From Candidatus Eiseniibacteriota bacterium (GTDB taxonomy: Bacteria > Eisenbacteria > RBG-16-71-46 > CAVPCR01): 64,000 nucleotides of DNA. This document shows, one piece after another, positions 8,816-19,142 of the stretch; within the stretch, counting starts at the first letter, position 1; each line of letters opens with the position of its first letter. Made by a program: the position numbers and the translations under genes. Location of the stretch: contig CAWGMA010000004.1 of NCBI GenBank assembly GCA_963823555.1, positions 448,001 to 512,000 of the forward strand, given 5' to 3'. Under the pieces are notes generated by a model that was given only the letters and a program-made list of their open reading frames with translations, had not been told where the DNA came from and made no database searches.

Positions 8816-11584
8816 ATGACCTCAAACCCAAGGCCACGCCGGAAGTCTACCGCATGCCGCCAGGCCGTTCGCGGGTACCGCGGCGCCGCCGTGGCGCTCT
8901 CGATCGCTGTTCTCCACCTGATCCCGGTCTCCGCGGGAGCGCTCACCCTCAGCGAAAGCCGGCTCCCCAATGGCCTGCGCATCCTCTACGGCGAGAGCCA
9001 TGCCTCCGGGCTCGTGGCCGCAGCGGCGTTCGTCGGGGCCGGTGCCGCCCGGGAGACGGAGGGGATGAACGGTGCCGCCCACTTTCTCGAGCATCTTCTG
9101 TTCAACGGCACCACCCAGCGCACCCAGGAGGAACTCTATCGGGATACCGATCTCATCGGTGCCTACTCGAACGCCACGACGCGCCGCGATCACGTCGTTT
9201 ACCTGATGGTCGTGGGCGCGGAGGATCTCGATGGCGCGCTCGAGATCCAGTCCGACATGCTCTTCCATTCGGTGCTCCCGCCCGACAAGTTCGAGAAGGA
9301 GCGGGGCATCATCCTCGAAGAGCTGGCCCGGAGTCGATCGAATCGGTCCCGCTACGCCGGCGAGGAGCTGACCCGCCTCCTGGGCCAGGGCACGGCCGAT
9401 GCCCTGCCCATTCTCGGCACCGAGGAGTCGATTGCATCCCTCGATCGTGACGCCGTCCATGCCTACTACCAAGAGCTCTATGTTCCTGCGAACATGACGC
9501 TGCTGGTCCTCGGGGACTTCATCCCCGAGCAACTGCTGGCGGCGATCGGTCGACATTTCGGCTCGATCCCGGGCGGAACGGCGCCGCCCCTGGTGCAGAG
9601 ATCGGCACCCAGCGGCGTGCTCCTCCACGGGTTGGCCTCCGATCGCACCGCCCTGAGGATCCGACTTCCGGGGCCGGCGCCGGAGGACAGTGCCTTCGCC
9701 GCGCTTCTCGTGCTCGAAGATCTTCTCGCCGGGGAAGCGGGACGATTGCGCGCAGCAATGCGCCGTCCGCCGGAGCTCGCTATCCATGACATCGGAACCA
9801 GCGTGAGCCTCGAACCTGGAAAGAGCTACCTCGAGATCGAGGCCGCGTTCGATTCGACCACCAGCATCGAGGATGTGGCCGGGCGCGCCCTGGGGGCGGT
9901 GGCCGAGATCGCCCGCGACTCGGTGCCGGAGGAGGAGCTGGCCTTCGTCCGCACCCGCCGCGCGGTCAGCGAGGCGCTGGCCTCCGAGCAAATTCACTAC
10001 ATGGCCTTCACCCGCGCCGAGTTCGTGCTACATGCACCATTCCGCTATGTCGGAGAAGCGGAGGCCGTGCTGGCAGCCGTCAGCCCGGATGCGGTGGCAG
10101 GGTGTGCGACGATGCTGATGACCGATCAGGGAGCGGTGCTCGCGGCGGTCGGGCCCGGGCTGCCAACGGTCACGGAAGATCGCGACCCGCGGCAGCTGGC
10201 CGTGTTGCCGCCGCCCGGTGCGGAATCGTCCGCAGCCGTCACTGATCCGCTCGCCGGCGGCACGTCGCCGAGCCGAGCCGATGAGGACCCCACCCGGTCC
10301 CTGCCGCCGCGCGTGACCGCGGCCCGAGCTCCCATCACGGAGACGCTCGCCAACGGCATCACGCTGGTCCTTGCCGCCAACCCGGATTCCGATGTCCTCG
10401 CCATGCATCTGGCCGCTCGCGGCCGCACCTACTGCGAGCCGCCGCAACAGTCGGGTATCGCGGATCTCCTGCACCGCTCGCTGCTCCTCGGGGCCGGATC
10501 CTGGTCGCGTGAGGAGCTCGGGCGTGAGATCGACCAGGCCGGGCTCCAGATCAAGGTCACCGACAATCCAGGTATTCCCTACGACGACTACCAGACGAGG
10601 CAGGAGTACTCCTTCATCCGTCTGGAGACCGCCGACCGGTTCTACCGCAATGCGTTCTCGGTTCTCGCCGAGATGATCCGTGCCCCACGCATCGATGACG
10701 AAGGCCTGGCCGAGGTCCGCGCGGAGGCGATTGCCCTCGCCCAGCGACGGGAGACGAGCGCCAGCGAGCAATCTCAGCTGCTCCTCCGGCGCGAGTTCTA
10801 CCCGGACTCCGAGCTGCGTGCGGCGCGGCCGCCGCTGGGGACCGCCGCCGATCTGGCGCAGATCACCGTCGAAGATCTGCGCCGCTTCCATGCCAGCTAC
10901 TTCGCACCCGAGAACCTGGTCATCGCCATCGTGACCGGGCTCGATCCGGACTCCTTGCTCGCGGCGGCGCGCGCCGAGTTCATGCGGTTGCCGGCCGGCG
11001 GGCACGGCCCCTGCGCGCGCTGGGAGGATATGTTCCCCACTCCCACCACCGAGCCGGCGCGCGTGGAGGTTCCCGTGGGATCCGAGCAGTCGTGGATCCG
11101 GCTGGGAAGCGTGTTCCCGGTGGCTCCTGCGGACGCCGCGGCATTGGAGGTGTCGGCTCTGGTTCTTTCCGGCCGCATCGCCTTCGAGCTACGCGAACGG
11201 CAGGGTCTTGCCTATGCGATCGGCGCCGCCTACGGACAGCGGGGGGACCGGGCGTGGGTGACCGCCGGCATGGGCACCCGCCCCGAGAACCTGGAGCCGG
11301 CGGAGGCAGGACTGACGCAGCAATTACGGGAGTTTGCGGCGAGCGATGTGACGGATGACGAGGTGACCAAGGAGGTCAAGAGCCACCTCGGGCGGCTGCG
11401 AATGCGCCGCGTGACTCGGATCAACCAGGCGATGGGTCTGTGCCTGAATGCGCTCTCTGGATCGAACGCCGGTGAGGATGCCGAGCCTTCGACATCACTT
11501 TCGGCGGTCAAGGCGAGCGATGTGCAGCGAGTGGCCCAGACCTACCTGAGCCGCATGCCGCTCGTCACGGCCATTGCCCGCTAG
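8816..11584 (+). CDS. M16 (insulinase/pitrilysin) family zinc peptidase, exported
   Basis: Signal-like N-terminus, LPNGL, inverted zinc motif HFLEH, EKERGIILEE, LRERQGLAY; second half has a degenerate motif (DLLHR). Confidence 0.93.
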   Translation: MTSNPRPRRKSTACRQAVRGYRGAAVALSIAVLHLIPVSAGALTLSESRLPNGLRILYGESHASGLVAAAAFVGAGAARETEGMNGAAHFLEHLLFNGTTQRTQEELYRDTDLIGAYSNATTRRDHVVYLMVVGAEDLDGALEIQSDMLFHSVLPPDKFEKERGIILEELARSRSNRSRYAGEELTRLLGQGTADALPILGTEESIASLDRDAVHAYYQELYVPANMTLLVLGDFIPEQLLAAIGRHFGSIPGGTAPPLVQRSAPSGVLLHGLASDRTALRIRLPGPAPEDSAFAALLVLEDLLAGEAGRLRAAMRRPPELAIHDIGTSVSLEPGKSYLEIEAAFDSTTSIEDVAGRALGAVAEIARDSVPEEELAFVRTRRAVSEALASEQIHYMAFTRAEFVLHAPFRYVGEAEAVLAAVSPDAVAGCATMLMTDQGAVLAAVGPGLPTVTEDRDPRQLAVLPPPGAESSAAVTDPLAGGTSPSRADEDPTRSLPPRVTAARAPITETLANGITLVLAANPDSDVLAMHLAARGRTYCEPPQQSGIADLLHRSLLLGAGSWSREELGREIDQAGLQIKVTDNPGIPYDDYQTRQEYSFIRLETADRFYRNAFSVLAEMIRAPRIDDEGLAEVRAEAIALAQRRETSASEQSQLLLRREFYPDSELRAARPPLGTAADLAQITVEDLRRFHASYFAPENLVIAIVTGLDPDSLLAAARAEFMRLPAGGHGPCARWEDMFPTPTTEPARVEVPVGSEQSWIRLGSVFPVAPADAAALEVSALVLSGRIAFELRERQGLAYAIGAAYGQRGDRAWVTAGMGTRPENLEPAEAGLTQQLREFAASDVTDDEVTKEVKSHLGRLRMRRVTRINQAMGLCLNALSGSNAGEDAEPSTSLSAVKASDVQRVAQTYLSRMPLVTAIAR

Positions 11585-11616
11585 CCATCGCGGGCAAGGG
11601 AGATAGGAAGGGAATC

Positions 11617-13896
11617 ATGATCATGGGCAAGCGAACGCAACGTGCCGGCCGCGATCGTCATCCCTGCGCCGGGCTCATCGCTCTCGCAGTCGCGGTTCTC
11701 GGTGGGGCCGCGGTTCCGGCTTCGGCCGGCATCACGCACCACGATGTGGTCGTAGCGTTTGATCTCGCCACACATCGTATTGACGCCGTCGATCGCATCA
11801 CCGCGACGGCTCCCGCCGCCGGGGATACGTTGCCGGCGGGCTTCTTCCTGGCTCGCTCACTCGAGGTCAGCTCGGTCCGCCTCGACGACAGATCGCTCAC
11901 CATCGTCGACCCGGATCCGGAGGTTGCGGCGCCCGATTGGGGAGGCGCGCCCATTCGTTTCGTGCGGGTCGAGCTGCCGGAGCGGCTGAAGGGGGAGGTG
12001 CTCGTCCTCGAGGTGAGCTATAGCGGAGTGATCGACGATCACCCTGGAGCTTCGGAACAGGAATACGCCCGCAGCTTCGAGGACTCGAACGGACTCGTCG
12101 ATTCGCTAGGAGTTTTTCTTGCCGGTTCGAGCGTGTGGGTGCCGGAGATTCCGGGATCGCTCTTCGACTTCCGCCTCACCGTCGACCTGCCTCCAGACTA
12201 CCGCGCCATGAGCCAGGGCATGATGGAGCGAGGCGCAGCGCCGGCGGCGGGCGGTTCACAGGAGATCTGGAGCTGCCGGGATCCGCAAGAAGAAATCTAC
12301 CTGATCGCCGGACGCTATGTCGTGAACGAGGAGGTTCATGGGGGAATCCTCATGCAGACCTTTCTCTATGAGGACGACCCCGAGCTGGCCGGGCGCTACC
12401 TCAAGGCGACGGCCGATTACCTCGACCTCTACAACGAGCTCCTGGGTCCCTATCCCTTCGGCAAGTTCGCCCTCGTCGAGAACTTCTGGCAAACCGGATT
12501 CGGGATGCCCTCCTTCACCTTGCTCGGCGATCGCGTGATCCGCCTTCCCTTCATCATCTCGACCTCCTACGGTCATGAAATCGTCCACAACTGGTTCGGC
12601 AACGGCGTCTATGTCGATTGGGACAAGGGGAACTGGTGTGAAGGCTTGACGTCCTATCTCGCCGATCATCTCTACAAGGAAGAGGACGGTCTGGGTGCCG
12701 AGTACCGGCGCGCCACGCTCCAGGGCTATCGTGATTTCGTGCGCGGGGGGAAGGACCTGGCTCTGTCGAGCTTCCGGTCACGCAACAATCCCGTCACGCA
12801 GGCCGTCGGCTACGGTAAGGCGATGATGACTTTCCACATGCTCCGACTGAGGATCGGCGACGAGACATTCAGGGCCGGTCTCAAACGTCTGGCCGAGACC
12901 CAGCGCTTCAAGCATGCGAGCTGGGGTGATGTTCGCCAGGTCTTCGAAGGGGTCTCCGGCCTCGATCTCTCCAACTTCTTCGCCCAGTGGGTCACGCGCG
13001 TGGGGGCCCCGGAGCTCGCGCTCGGCGAGCCGCGGGTGACGCCCATGCCCGACGGATTCCGGCTCGATCTCGAAGTGCGACAGAGCGCGCCGCCCTATCG
13101 CCTCGATGTCCCCGTCGCCGTTCTCCTGGCCGGCGATCGCCAGCCCGAGCTCACCACCGTGTCGCTCACCGATACGGTGACCACCCTCTCGCTCGAAATG
13201 GCGCGGGAGCCGCTGGGGATTGCCCTCGACCCGAGTTTCGATGTCTTTCGCCGGCTGGATCGCAGCGAGATCCCGCCGTCGCTCGGCCAGGCGTTCGGTG
13301 CCGAGCGGACGCTGATCGTGCTGCCGACCGCAGCGCCCGAGCCCTTGCGCCAGGCCTACGAGCAGTTTGCGACCAGCTTCAGCGGCGCGGCGCCGGGGAC
13401 GGTGGAGATCCAGAAGGACAGCGAGGTCCAGGCCGGCGATCTCTCCGGGCGGGCGGTCTGGTTGCTCGGGGAATCCAACCTCTTGCGGCCGCGCCTCGCA
13501 GCCGCGCTCGCGCGTCAGACCCGATCCCTCGACCCCTTCAGCGGCGATTCCCTGCGGCTCGGCGGGCAGGTCTGGCCCCGGTCCGGACGCACGATCGTCA
13601 TCGCCGTGACGAGCGAAGTGGATCCCGAGGAAGCGTGGGTGGTGGTCGCGACCGATACTCCGGAGGCTCTCGCGGGGCTCGGGCGCAAGCTGCCGCATTA
13701 CCGGAAGTACGGGTTCCTGGTCTTCGAGGGCGAGGAGCCGTCGAACGTGGGGAAGGGGGAGTGGCGGGCTCAGGGTTCGCCGCTGGTGGTTCTCCTGGAC
13801 GGTGCCCGCTATGACCCGCCCGCCGAGGCGCCGGACCCCACGGCGGTACCGCCGGCGCCTCCACTCATCGCCCGCCGCGAACCCGGCTCACCCTGA
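11617..13896 (+). CDS. M1 family aminopeptidase, exported
   Basis: Signal peptide; GFGMPS, HEIVHNWFGN...WCEGL zinc motif; YGKAMMTFHML. Confidence 0.92.
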   Translation: MIMGKRTQRAGRDRHPCAGLIALAVAVLGGAAVPASAGITHHDVVVAFDLATHRIDAVDRITATAPAAGDTLPAGFFLARSLEVSSVRLDDRSLTIVDPDPEVAAPDWGGAPIRFVRVELPERLKGEVLVLEVSYSGVIDDHPGASEQEYARSFEDSNGLVDSLGVFLAGSSVWVPEIPGSLFDFRLTVDLPPDYRAMSQGMMERGAAPAAGGSQEIWSCRDPQEEIYLIAGRYVVNEEVHGGILMQTFLYEDDPELAGRYLKATADYLDLYNELLGPYPFGKFALVENFWQTGFGMPSFTLLGDRVIRLPFIISTSYGHEIVHNWFGNGVYVDWDKGNWCEGLTSYLADHLYKEEDGLGAEYRRATLQGYRDFVRGGKDLALSSFRSRNNPVTQAVGYGKAMMTFHMLRLRIGDETFRAGLKRLAETQRFKHASWGDVRQVFEGVSGLDLSNFFAQWVTRVGAPELALGEPRVTPMPDGFRLDLEVRQSAPPYRLDVPVAVLLAGDRQPELTTVSLTDTVTTLSLEMAREPLGIALDPSFDVFRRLDRSEIPPSLGQAFGAERTLIVLPTAAPEPLRQAYEQFATSFSGAAPGTVEIQKDSEVQAGDLSGRAVWLLGESNLLRPRLAAALARQTRSLDPFSGDSLRLGGQVWPRSGRTIVIAVTSEVDPEEAWVVVATDTPEALAGLGRKLPHYRKYGFLVFEGEEPSNVGKGEWRAQGSPLVVLLDGARYDPPAEAPDPTAVPPAPPLIARREPGSP

Positions 13897-13923
13897 CGGG
13901 AGGGGACCCGCTCGCGTTCGAGG

Positions 13924-15696
13924 TCAGGGGATGCGCACCACGCGAATCACACCTTGCCGTCCGCCGCTCATGAGCCGCGCGAAGTAGACGCCGCCCGCGA
14001 CGGCGTCACCTGCTTCGTTCCGTCCGTCCCAGATCGCAGTGGCCACCGTGGCGCGGCCCGAGGGTCGGGCGTGCAGCGTGCGCAAGCGGCGCCCGTGAAC
14101 ATCGTGAATGGTGATTTCGACCGTGCTCGGAGCGGAGTTCGGCGCCAGCGCCAGACGGATGGAGATCGATTCGCGAAATGGGTTGGGCGAACCATCGAGG
14201 AGTCGGGGCGCGGCTCCAGCCGCCGGCGGCGAGTCGTGCTCCACGATCTCGTCGACGTTGATCCGTCCATGCGGATCCCAGTCTGCGATCTCGATTTCGA
14301 CCTCGGTGCCGCGCAGATCGCCGATCGCCCACTCGCGCTCATCCATCTGCTCGCTGTCGCGTCCGGTCTCTCGGAACAGGATCTCACCGTCGGCGCGGCG
14401 GATGAGCGCGACGTAGGTCGACTCGATGCCGGCCGTGCCACCGACGAGAAGGCTCATCGTGGTGCCGGTGAGGACGAATGGGCGGGAACGGATGCGTCCC
14501 GTGGCGACATAACCGAGGCTCTCCCCCGGCCGCTCCGGAGGCCAGGTGAAGCGCTCGGCGGAGCCCAGATAACCCGAACCCACCGGCCCGGCACCGGGTA
14601 GCCCCCGGGCCGCGGCGTTGTCGCCGAGCGTGGGCTGAGCGCTGAAGGCGCTGCCCTCGACGATCGGCCAGTCGGCGCCGAGACCGCTCTCGTTGACGAT
14701 GGCCAGACCGGCATCATCCATGGTCAGGCGGTCGAAACCGATCAGGTAGAGACGCCGGCCGTTGAGCTCGGGGACCCGCAACAGGCGGTAGCTCTGGTGA
14801 GTGGATATCCACCCATCATGGCCATCGGACCAGACCTCCGGCGCCACGCTCTCGAGCCAGCGCCGGCGCCGGGAGAAGTCCCAAGGTCCATGGAGATCCG
14901 GTCCCTCGATCACCCAGGTCCCGCCCCGCCGATCGGACGTGAAGAGGAGAAACCAGCGCTCCCCCAGATGGACCATCTGGGGCGATTCGATGGACTCGTC
15001 GACCGCGCCGAGGAGCAGCGGGCCCTCATCACTCCAGTGGATGCCGTCGCTCGAGCGCGCGAGTCCGACCGCGCCGCGACCGTCCTTGTGGGTGGCGGTC
15101 AAGAGCATCCACCACGTGTCTTCGTGCTCGAGGACCAAGGGATCTCGACCATTGCTCCATTGCTGCTCATCCCATCGCGCCCACGTCGTGTCGGGGCGAA
15201 AGACCGGGTTCTCGGCCAGAGGCGCGAAGTGCGTGGCGCCGGCATCGAGGCTCGCCGCCTCGGCGATACCCACTGCCTGTGCGATCCGGGCATTGACGCC
15301 GTTGTAGTACAGGCGGTAGCCGCCCGTCTCGAGTCGAAGCAGTTGTGGGGCCCAGCGATTCCGTTCCTCCCAGGGTGCGCGGGGCCCGGCGAGAATCGGC
15401 GCTTCAATCTGCCAATGACGAAGGTCCAAGGATGTGGCATGCCCGAAATGCACCTCGTTTCCTGGCTGCATCCAGCGGCCCAGGGAATCGGTGCCGGTGG
15501 TGTAGACGAGGTGATAGCGGCCGTCTGCGAAGAGGACGGTGTGGTCCTTGGCATAGTGATCGAGCGGCGCGAAGACGCGCGGCTCGAAATCGAAGCGGAT
15601 CCCGCCGGCTGCGGGCAGGGAGTGGCACGCCAGCGCGAGAAGGCCGAGGATCGCAACGGCGGCGAGCCGCCGCGGGCAGCGCGGTAGCGGAATCAT
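13924..15696 (-). CDS. Secreted GH32/GH43-like beta-propeller glycoside hydrolase with C-terminal FlgD-Ig domain
   Basis: GHATSLDLRHW, WAP, RDP, ESP motifs; C-terminal SPNPF...DVHGR...WDGRN...GVYFARL. Confidence 0.75.
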   Translation of the reverse strand: MIPLPRCPRRLAAVAILGLLALACHSLPAAGGIRFDFEPRVFAPLDHYAKDHTVLFADGRYHLVYTTGTDSLGRWMQPGNEVHFGHATSLDLRHWQIEAPILAGPRAPWEERNRWAPQLLRLETGGYRLYYNGVNARIAQAVGIAEAASLDAGATHFAPLAENPVFRPDTTWARWDEQQWSNGRDPLVLEHEDTWWMLLTATHKDGRGAVGLARSSDGIHWSDEGPLLLGAVDESIESPQMVHLGERWFLLFTSDRRGGTWVIEGPDLHGPWDFSRRRRWLESVAPEVWSDGHDGWISTHQSYRLLRVPELNGRRLYLIGFDRLTMDDAGLAIVNESGLGADWPIVEGSAFSAQPTLGDNAAARGLPGAGPVGSGYLGSAERFTWPPERPGESLGYVATGRIRSRPFVLTGTTMSLLVGGTAGIESTYVALIRRADGEILFRETGRDSEQMDEREWAIGDLRGTEVEIEIADWDPHGRINVDEIVEHDSPPAAGAAPRLLDGSPNPFRESISIRLALAPNSAPSTVEITIHDVHGRRLRTLHARPSGRATVATAIWDGRNEAGDAVAGGVYFARLMSGGRQGVIRVVRIP

Positions 15697-15800
15697 GGAT
15701 CGATCATACCAGGCGGCGTTCGCCGGGCGCGCAGCGGCGCCTCCGCCTCCCCGGCCGTGCCCTTTCCCTGGGTGCCCCGGCCCCAGGGTCCGGAAGCCCT

Positions 15801-15829
15801 TTGCATGTCGCGGCCCCGCCCTTTAGACT
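15801..15829 (+). promoter_or_regulatory. Putative sigma70 promoter of pckA
   Basis: TTGCAT-17 nt-TAGACT. Confidence 0.55.
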
Positions 15830-15989
15830 GTCACGCCAGGTGCGGGTCCACCAGAGCGAGTAGCCTGTCTGGCCGACTAGGCCTTCCCGCCCGCCTGCAA
15901 TTTGTTGCCGCGCGATAGCCATTCGATCCCTGATCTTATCCGGCGGTCGTTGCTGCCCGAGCGATCGCCGCGGCGGAGGAGCCACCTGC

Positions 15990-17555
15990 ATGCCGAGCGT
16001 CAAGTCCTTGCCGGTCGCCCCCATGCGCACCCACTGGAATCCATCTCCGGATGAGCTGCGCGAGTTCGCAGTCGAGATGCCCAACGCGCGCTGGACTCTC
16101 TTCAACAACCTGAATGTGCAGACCAGGGTGGTCGCCCGCTCCAAGGCGTCCACTTATGTCGTGACCGATCGCCCGGAGGAGCACTCCGATCAGACCGTCA
16201 GCCGTGGCGAGGGCGAGCGCATGGCCCACATCCAGGACGAGTACATCCGCCACCAGGAGATGCTCGTCATCGACGGCTACATCGGCAATCAGCCCGAGTT
16301 CCGCACTCCGGCCCGTCTCATCATCGAGAAAGCCAACGCCAACGTCGCGGCGATGCAGCAGATCCTCTACTACCCGATCGCGCCCGCCGAGCGTGAGAGC
16401 TTCGTCCCCCAGCTGACCGTGATCTATACCCCCAATCTCGCCGCACCAGGGTATCCCTCCGATCGCCTGATCGCGGTCGATCTCGGCCACATGAGGACCC
16501 GCATCTTCAACTCCGACTACTTCGGGGAGTCGAAGAAGGGTGGGCTCCGCATGTGGAACAAGCTCATCTACGATCGGGGCGGGCTGGCCCTGCATGCCGG
16601 TTGCAAGATCATCCCCGCCGGCGGCCGGGAGCGAGTGGCGCTCATCGTCGGTCTCTCCGGCACCGGCAAGACCACCACCACCTTCACGCGCCAGAACGGA
16701 TCATCCCCGGTCCAGGATGATTTCGTGGCCCTCATGGCCGACGGTTCGGTCGTGGCCACCGAGAACGGATGCTTCGCCAAGACCTTCGGCCTGGACCCCG
16801 AGTTCGAGCCCACCATCTATGGAGCCGTGACCCAGCCCGAAGCCTACCTCGAGAATGTGTCGCAGGATGCGCAGGGGAAGGTCGATTTCTTCGATACCAG
16901 CTACACGCAGAACGGTCGTTCGGTATTCCCGATGGCCAAGGTGGAGGGCGCCGCCGGTGGCCAGCGGATCGGAAGCGCCGACATCCTTCTCATCCTGAAC
17001 CGCAACGAGAACGTGATCCCCGCTGTGGCCCGGCTCGATCGCGAGCATGCCGCTGCCTACTTCATGCTCGGGGAAACCAAGGGGACCTCGGCGGGCGGCG
17101 CCGAGGAGGCGGGCAAGTCGCTTCGGGTGCCCGGTACCAATCCCTTCTTTCCCCTTCTCCACGCCCAGCAGGGGAATCGCATGTTCGACCTCCTGCAGAA
17201 GCATCCGCTCGAGGTCTATCTCATGAACACGGGACGGGTCGGAGGGCCGGACGCCGACGATCGCTCCAGGAAGGTCAAGATCCCGCACTCGAGCGCCATC
17301 GTGAAAGCGATCGCCGAAGGCACCATCCAGTGGGAGCGCGATCCGGACTTCGGCTACGACGTGCCGAAGTCGGTGCCCGGGATCGCAAGCGAGGACGCCG
17401 ACATCCTCCAGCCCCGCAAGCTCTATGAGCGGCAGGGACGCGCGGACGAATACCGGCAGATCGTGAATCGCATGAAGGAAGAGCGGCTGGCCTACTTGAA
17501 GAAGTGGCCCGGTCTGCGTCCGGAGATCATCCAGGCGATTCAAACTCGCGACTGA
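15990..17555 (+). CDS. pckA: Phosphoenolpyruvate carboxykinase (ATP)
   Basis: YFGESKKG, LHAGC, P-loop GLSGTGKTT, QDD, ENGCFAKT, YLMNTG. Confidence 0.93.
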   Translation: MPSVKSLPVAPMRTHWNPSPDELREFAVEMPNARWTLFNNLNVQTRVVARSKASTYVVTDRPEEHSDQTVSRGEGERMAHIQDEYIRHQEMLVIDGYIGNQPEFRTPARLIIEKANANVAAMQQILYYPIAPAERESFVPQLTVIYTPNLAAPGYPSDRLIAVDLGHMRTRIFNSDYFGESKKGGLRMWNKLIYDRGGLALHAGCKIIPAGGRERVALIVGLSGTGKTTTTFTRQNGSSPVQDDFVALMADGSVVATENGCFAKTFGLDPEFEPTIYGAVTQPEAYLENVSQDAQGKVDFFDTSYTQNGRSVFPMAKVEGAAGGQRIGSADILLILNRNENVIPAVARLDREHAAAYFMLGETKGTSAGGAEEAGKSLRVPGTNPFFPLLHAQQGNRMFDLLQKHPLEVYLMNTGRVGGPDADDRSRKVKIPHSSAIVKAIAEGTIQWERDPDFGYDVPKSVPGIASEDADILQPRKLYERQGRADEYRQIVNRMKEERLAYLKKWPGLRPEIIQAIQTRD

Positions 17556-17592
17556 TCGCAAGGCGAGAGGCTCAGGGCCGGGGGGTAAGAGA

Positions 17593-17624
17593 AACGGGGT
17601 CTTCCGCCATGCGGAGACCCCGTT
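17593..17624. terminator. Hairpin between convergent genes, probable bidirectional terminator
   Basis: AACGGGGTCTTCCGC-CAT-GCGGAGACCCCGTT. Confidence 0.65.
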
Positions 17625-17667
17625 CGTCGTTCAAGGCCGCTCGGGGCTGTGCCCGAGCGCCCAGGGC

Positions 17668-18351
17668 CTAGTGAGTGTCGATCTTCACCTGCGAGTAGAA
17701 TTGCGTACCGAGGTTGCGCTCGTCATCGACCCCCAGCTCCATCGCCTTCTTGAAGTGATCAGCACCCATCTCGGGGTTTTCCATGGCGTACATGAAGGCC
17801 AGAGCGTAGTGAGCTTCCCCATAGTCGGGCTTGAGCTCGATGGCCTTCTTGTAGTTTGCGAGAGCGGCATCCTTGTTGAAGCCGACGTTGAACTCGGCAT
17901 ACGCCAGCCCGCGATAGGCTTCGGCGTAGTTCGGATCGAGGGCGATGGCCTTGTTGAACAGCTCCCGGGCCTGAACGTAGTCGCGCTTGCTCTGATCCGA
18001 GGTGAAGGTCAGGCGGAAACCCTGGTCATAGGCGGCCGCGGCCTCGGCTACCTGCGTCGCGGCGCGACCCCGCTCGAGCTCGGCGAGGCTACCGGAGCCG
18101 GTCTCCTTCATCGGCACCGTGCTCGGGTCGACCGGCTCGCCGCCGCCGATCGGGGGATGGCCCTCGGGGAGGGCGGCACTGCCGGGGGTGCCGCCGGCCT
18201 CGGATCCGGCAGGTGCCGATTCGACACGGCGACCCTCGTCACCGGACTTCTGGCAGGCGACCGGGCCCAGCGCAAGCACGACGCCAAGGGCGAGCAGGAA
18301 ACACGGAACGAGCAGCGGACGGGTCTGATTATGGAATGGATGGTGGTTCAT
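17668..18351 (-). CDS. TPR-repeat lipoprotein
   Basis: Start MNHHPF; hydrophobic signal ending GPVAC; LPEGHPPI motif; TPRs (AIALDPNYAEAY, AIELKPDYGEAHY). Confidence 0.85.
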   Translation of the reverse strand: MNHHPFHNQTRPLLVPCFLLALGVVLALGPVACQKSGDEGRRVESAPAGSEAGGTPGSAALPEGHPPIGGGEPVDPSTVPMKETGSGSLAELERGRAATQVAEAAAAYDQGFRLTFTSDQSKRDYVQARELFNKAIALDPNYAEAYRGLAYAEFNVGFNKDAALANYKKAIELKPDYGEAHYALAFMYAMENPEMGADHFKKAMELGVDDERNLGTQFYSQVKIDTH

Positions 18352-18424
18352 GCCGGGAAGATAGCAAATGAGAGCGATCCCGCAACAGGCAGTCTTGTCG
18401 ACCGTGGGGGCCGGCCCGGGGGGG

Positions 18425-18988
18425 CTAATCGGCGACGAGGAAGCAGATGCTCTGGCGGCCGCCGGCAGCGCCCGAGCAGGTGAGCCGGCCGGCACCGGGA
18501 TCCGCCCGGCCGTCAACCAGGATGTCCAGCCGGGTGGCCGCCCGCCTGGGGATGGCCGACAGCACGACGTACGAGTTGGAGCCACGGGTGTCGGCGCGGC
18601 CGTCGCCATCGAGATCGAACTGGCGGGTCGAATGGTGGAGATGGATGAGGCCTCCCCATGCGTTGTGAGCGGCGAGTTCCTCGAGATACGGTCCTTTCCA
18701 TGTCGTGCTCATGAGCCCGCTCTTGAGCGGCGGGATGTGCGTCAAGTTCTGCAGGTCGGGGTGGACAGTCGGATCGTAATCCGCGAAGTGGACGGGATAG
18801 CGGCCGGTATCGCGCTGGAACTCGGCGACCGCGCCCTCGATCCGCCGGAGGAAGCGGAGCGTGCGCTTGATTCGCAGGTGTTCGACACCAAGGGAGCAGA
18901 GCGAAAGGAACATCCACCCGACCACGGCCATCACCGCCAGGGACAGGACGATTTCGTTGCGTGATAGGTGACGATGGGCAAGGCTCAT
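18425..18988 (-). CDS. GspG/pseudopilin-like protein
   Basis: N-terminal TM, FQRDTGRYP, WKGPYL, NAWGG resemble the GspG domain; prepilin cleavage site degenerate. Confidence 0.65.
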   Translation of the reverse strand: MSLAHRHLSRNEIVLSLAVMAVVGWMFLSLCSLGVEHLRIKRTLRFLRRIEGAVAEFQRDTGRYPVHFADYDPTVHPDLQNLTHIPPLKSGLMSTTWKGPYLEELAAHNAWGGLIHLHHSTRQFDLDGDGRADTRGSNSYVVLSAIPRRAATRLDILVDGRADPGAGRLTCSGAAGGRQSICFLVAD

Positions 18989-19142
18989 GATCGGGGCGTC
19001 CCGCTGCGGGCCGGTGGACTCGGTTCCTCCTCAAGGATCGGCCAGGGGAGGCCCGGGCTTGATGGGTCCGCGACCGGCGATCAACAGGCGGCCCCCGCGA
19101 TGGATTTGACAGGGTCGGAGCTCGGGTGCGACGATCCGCCGG

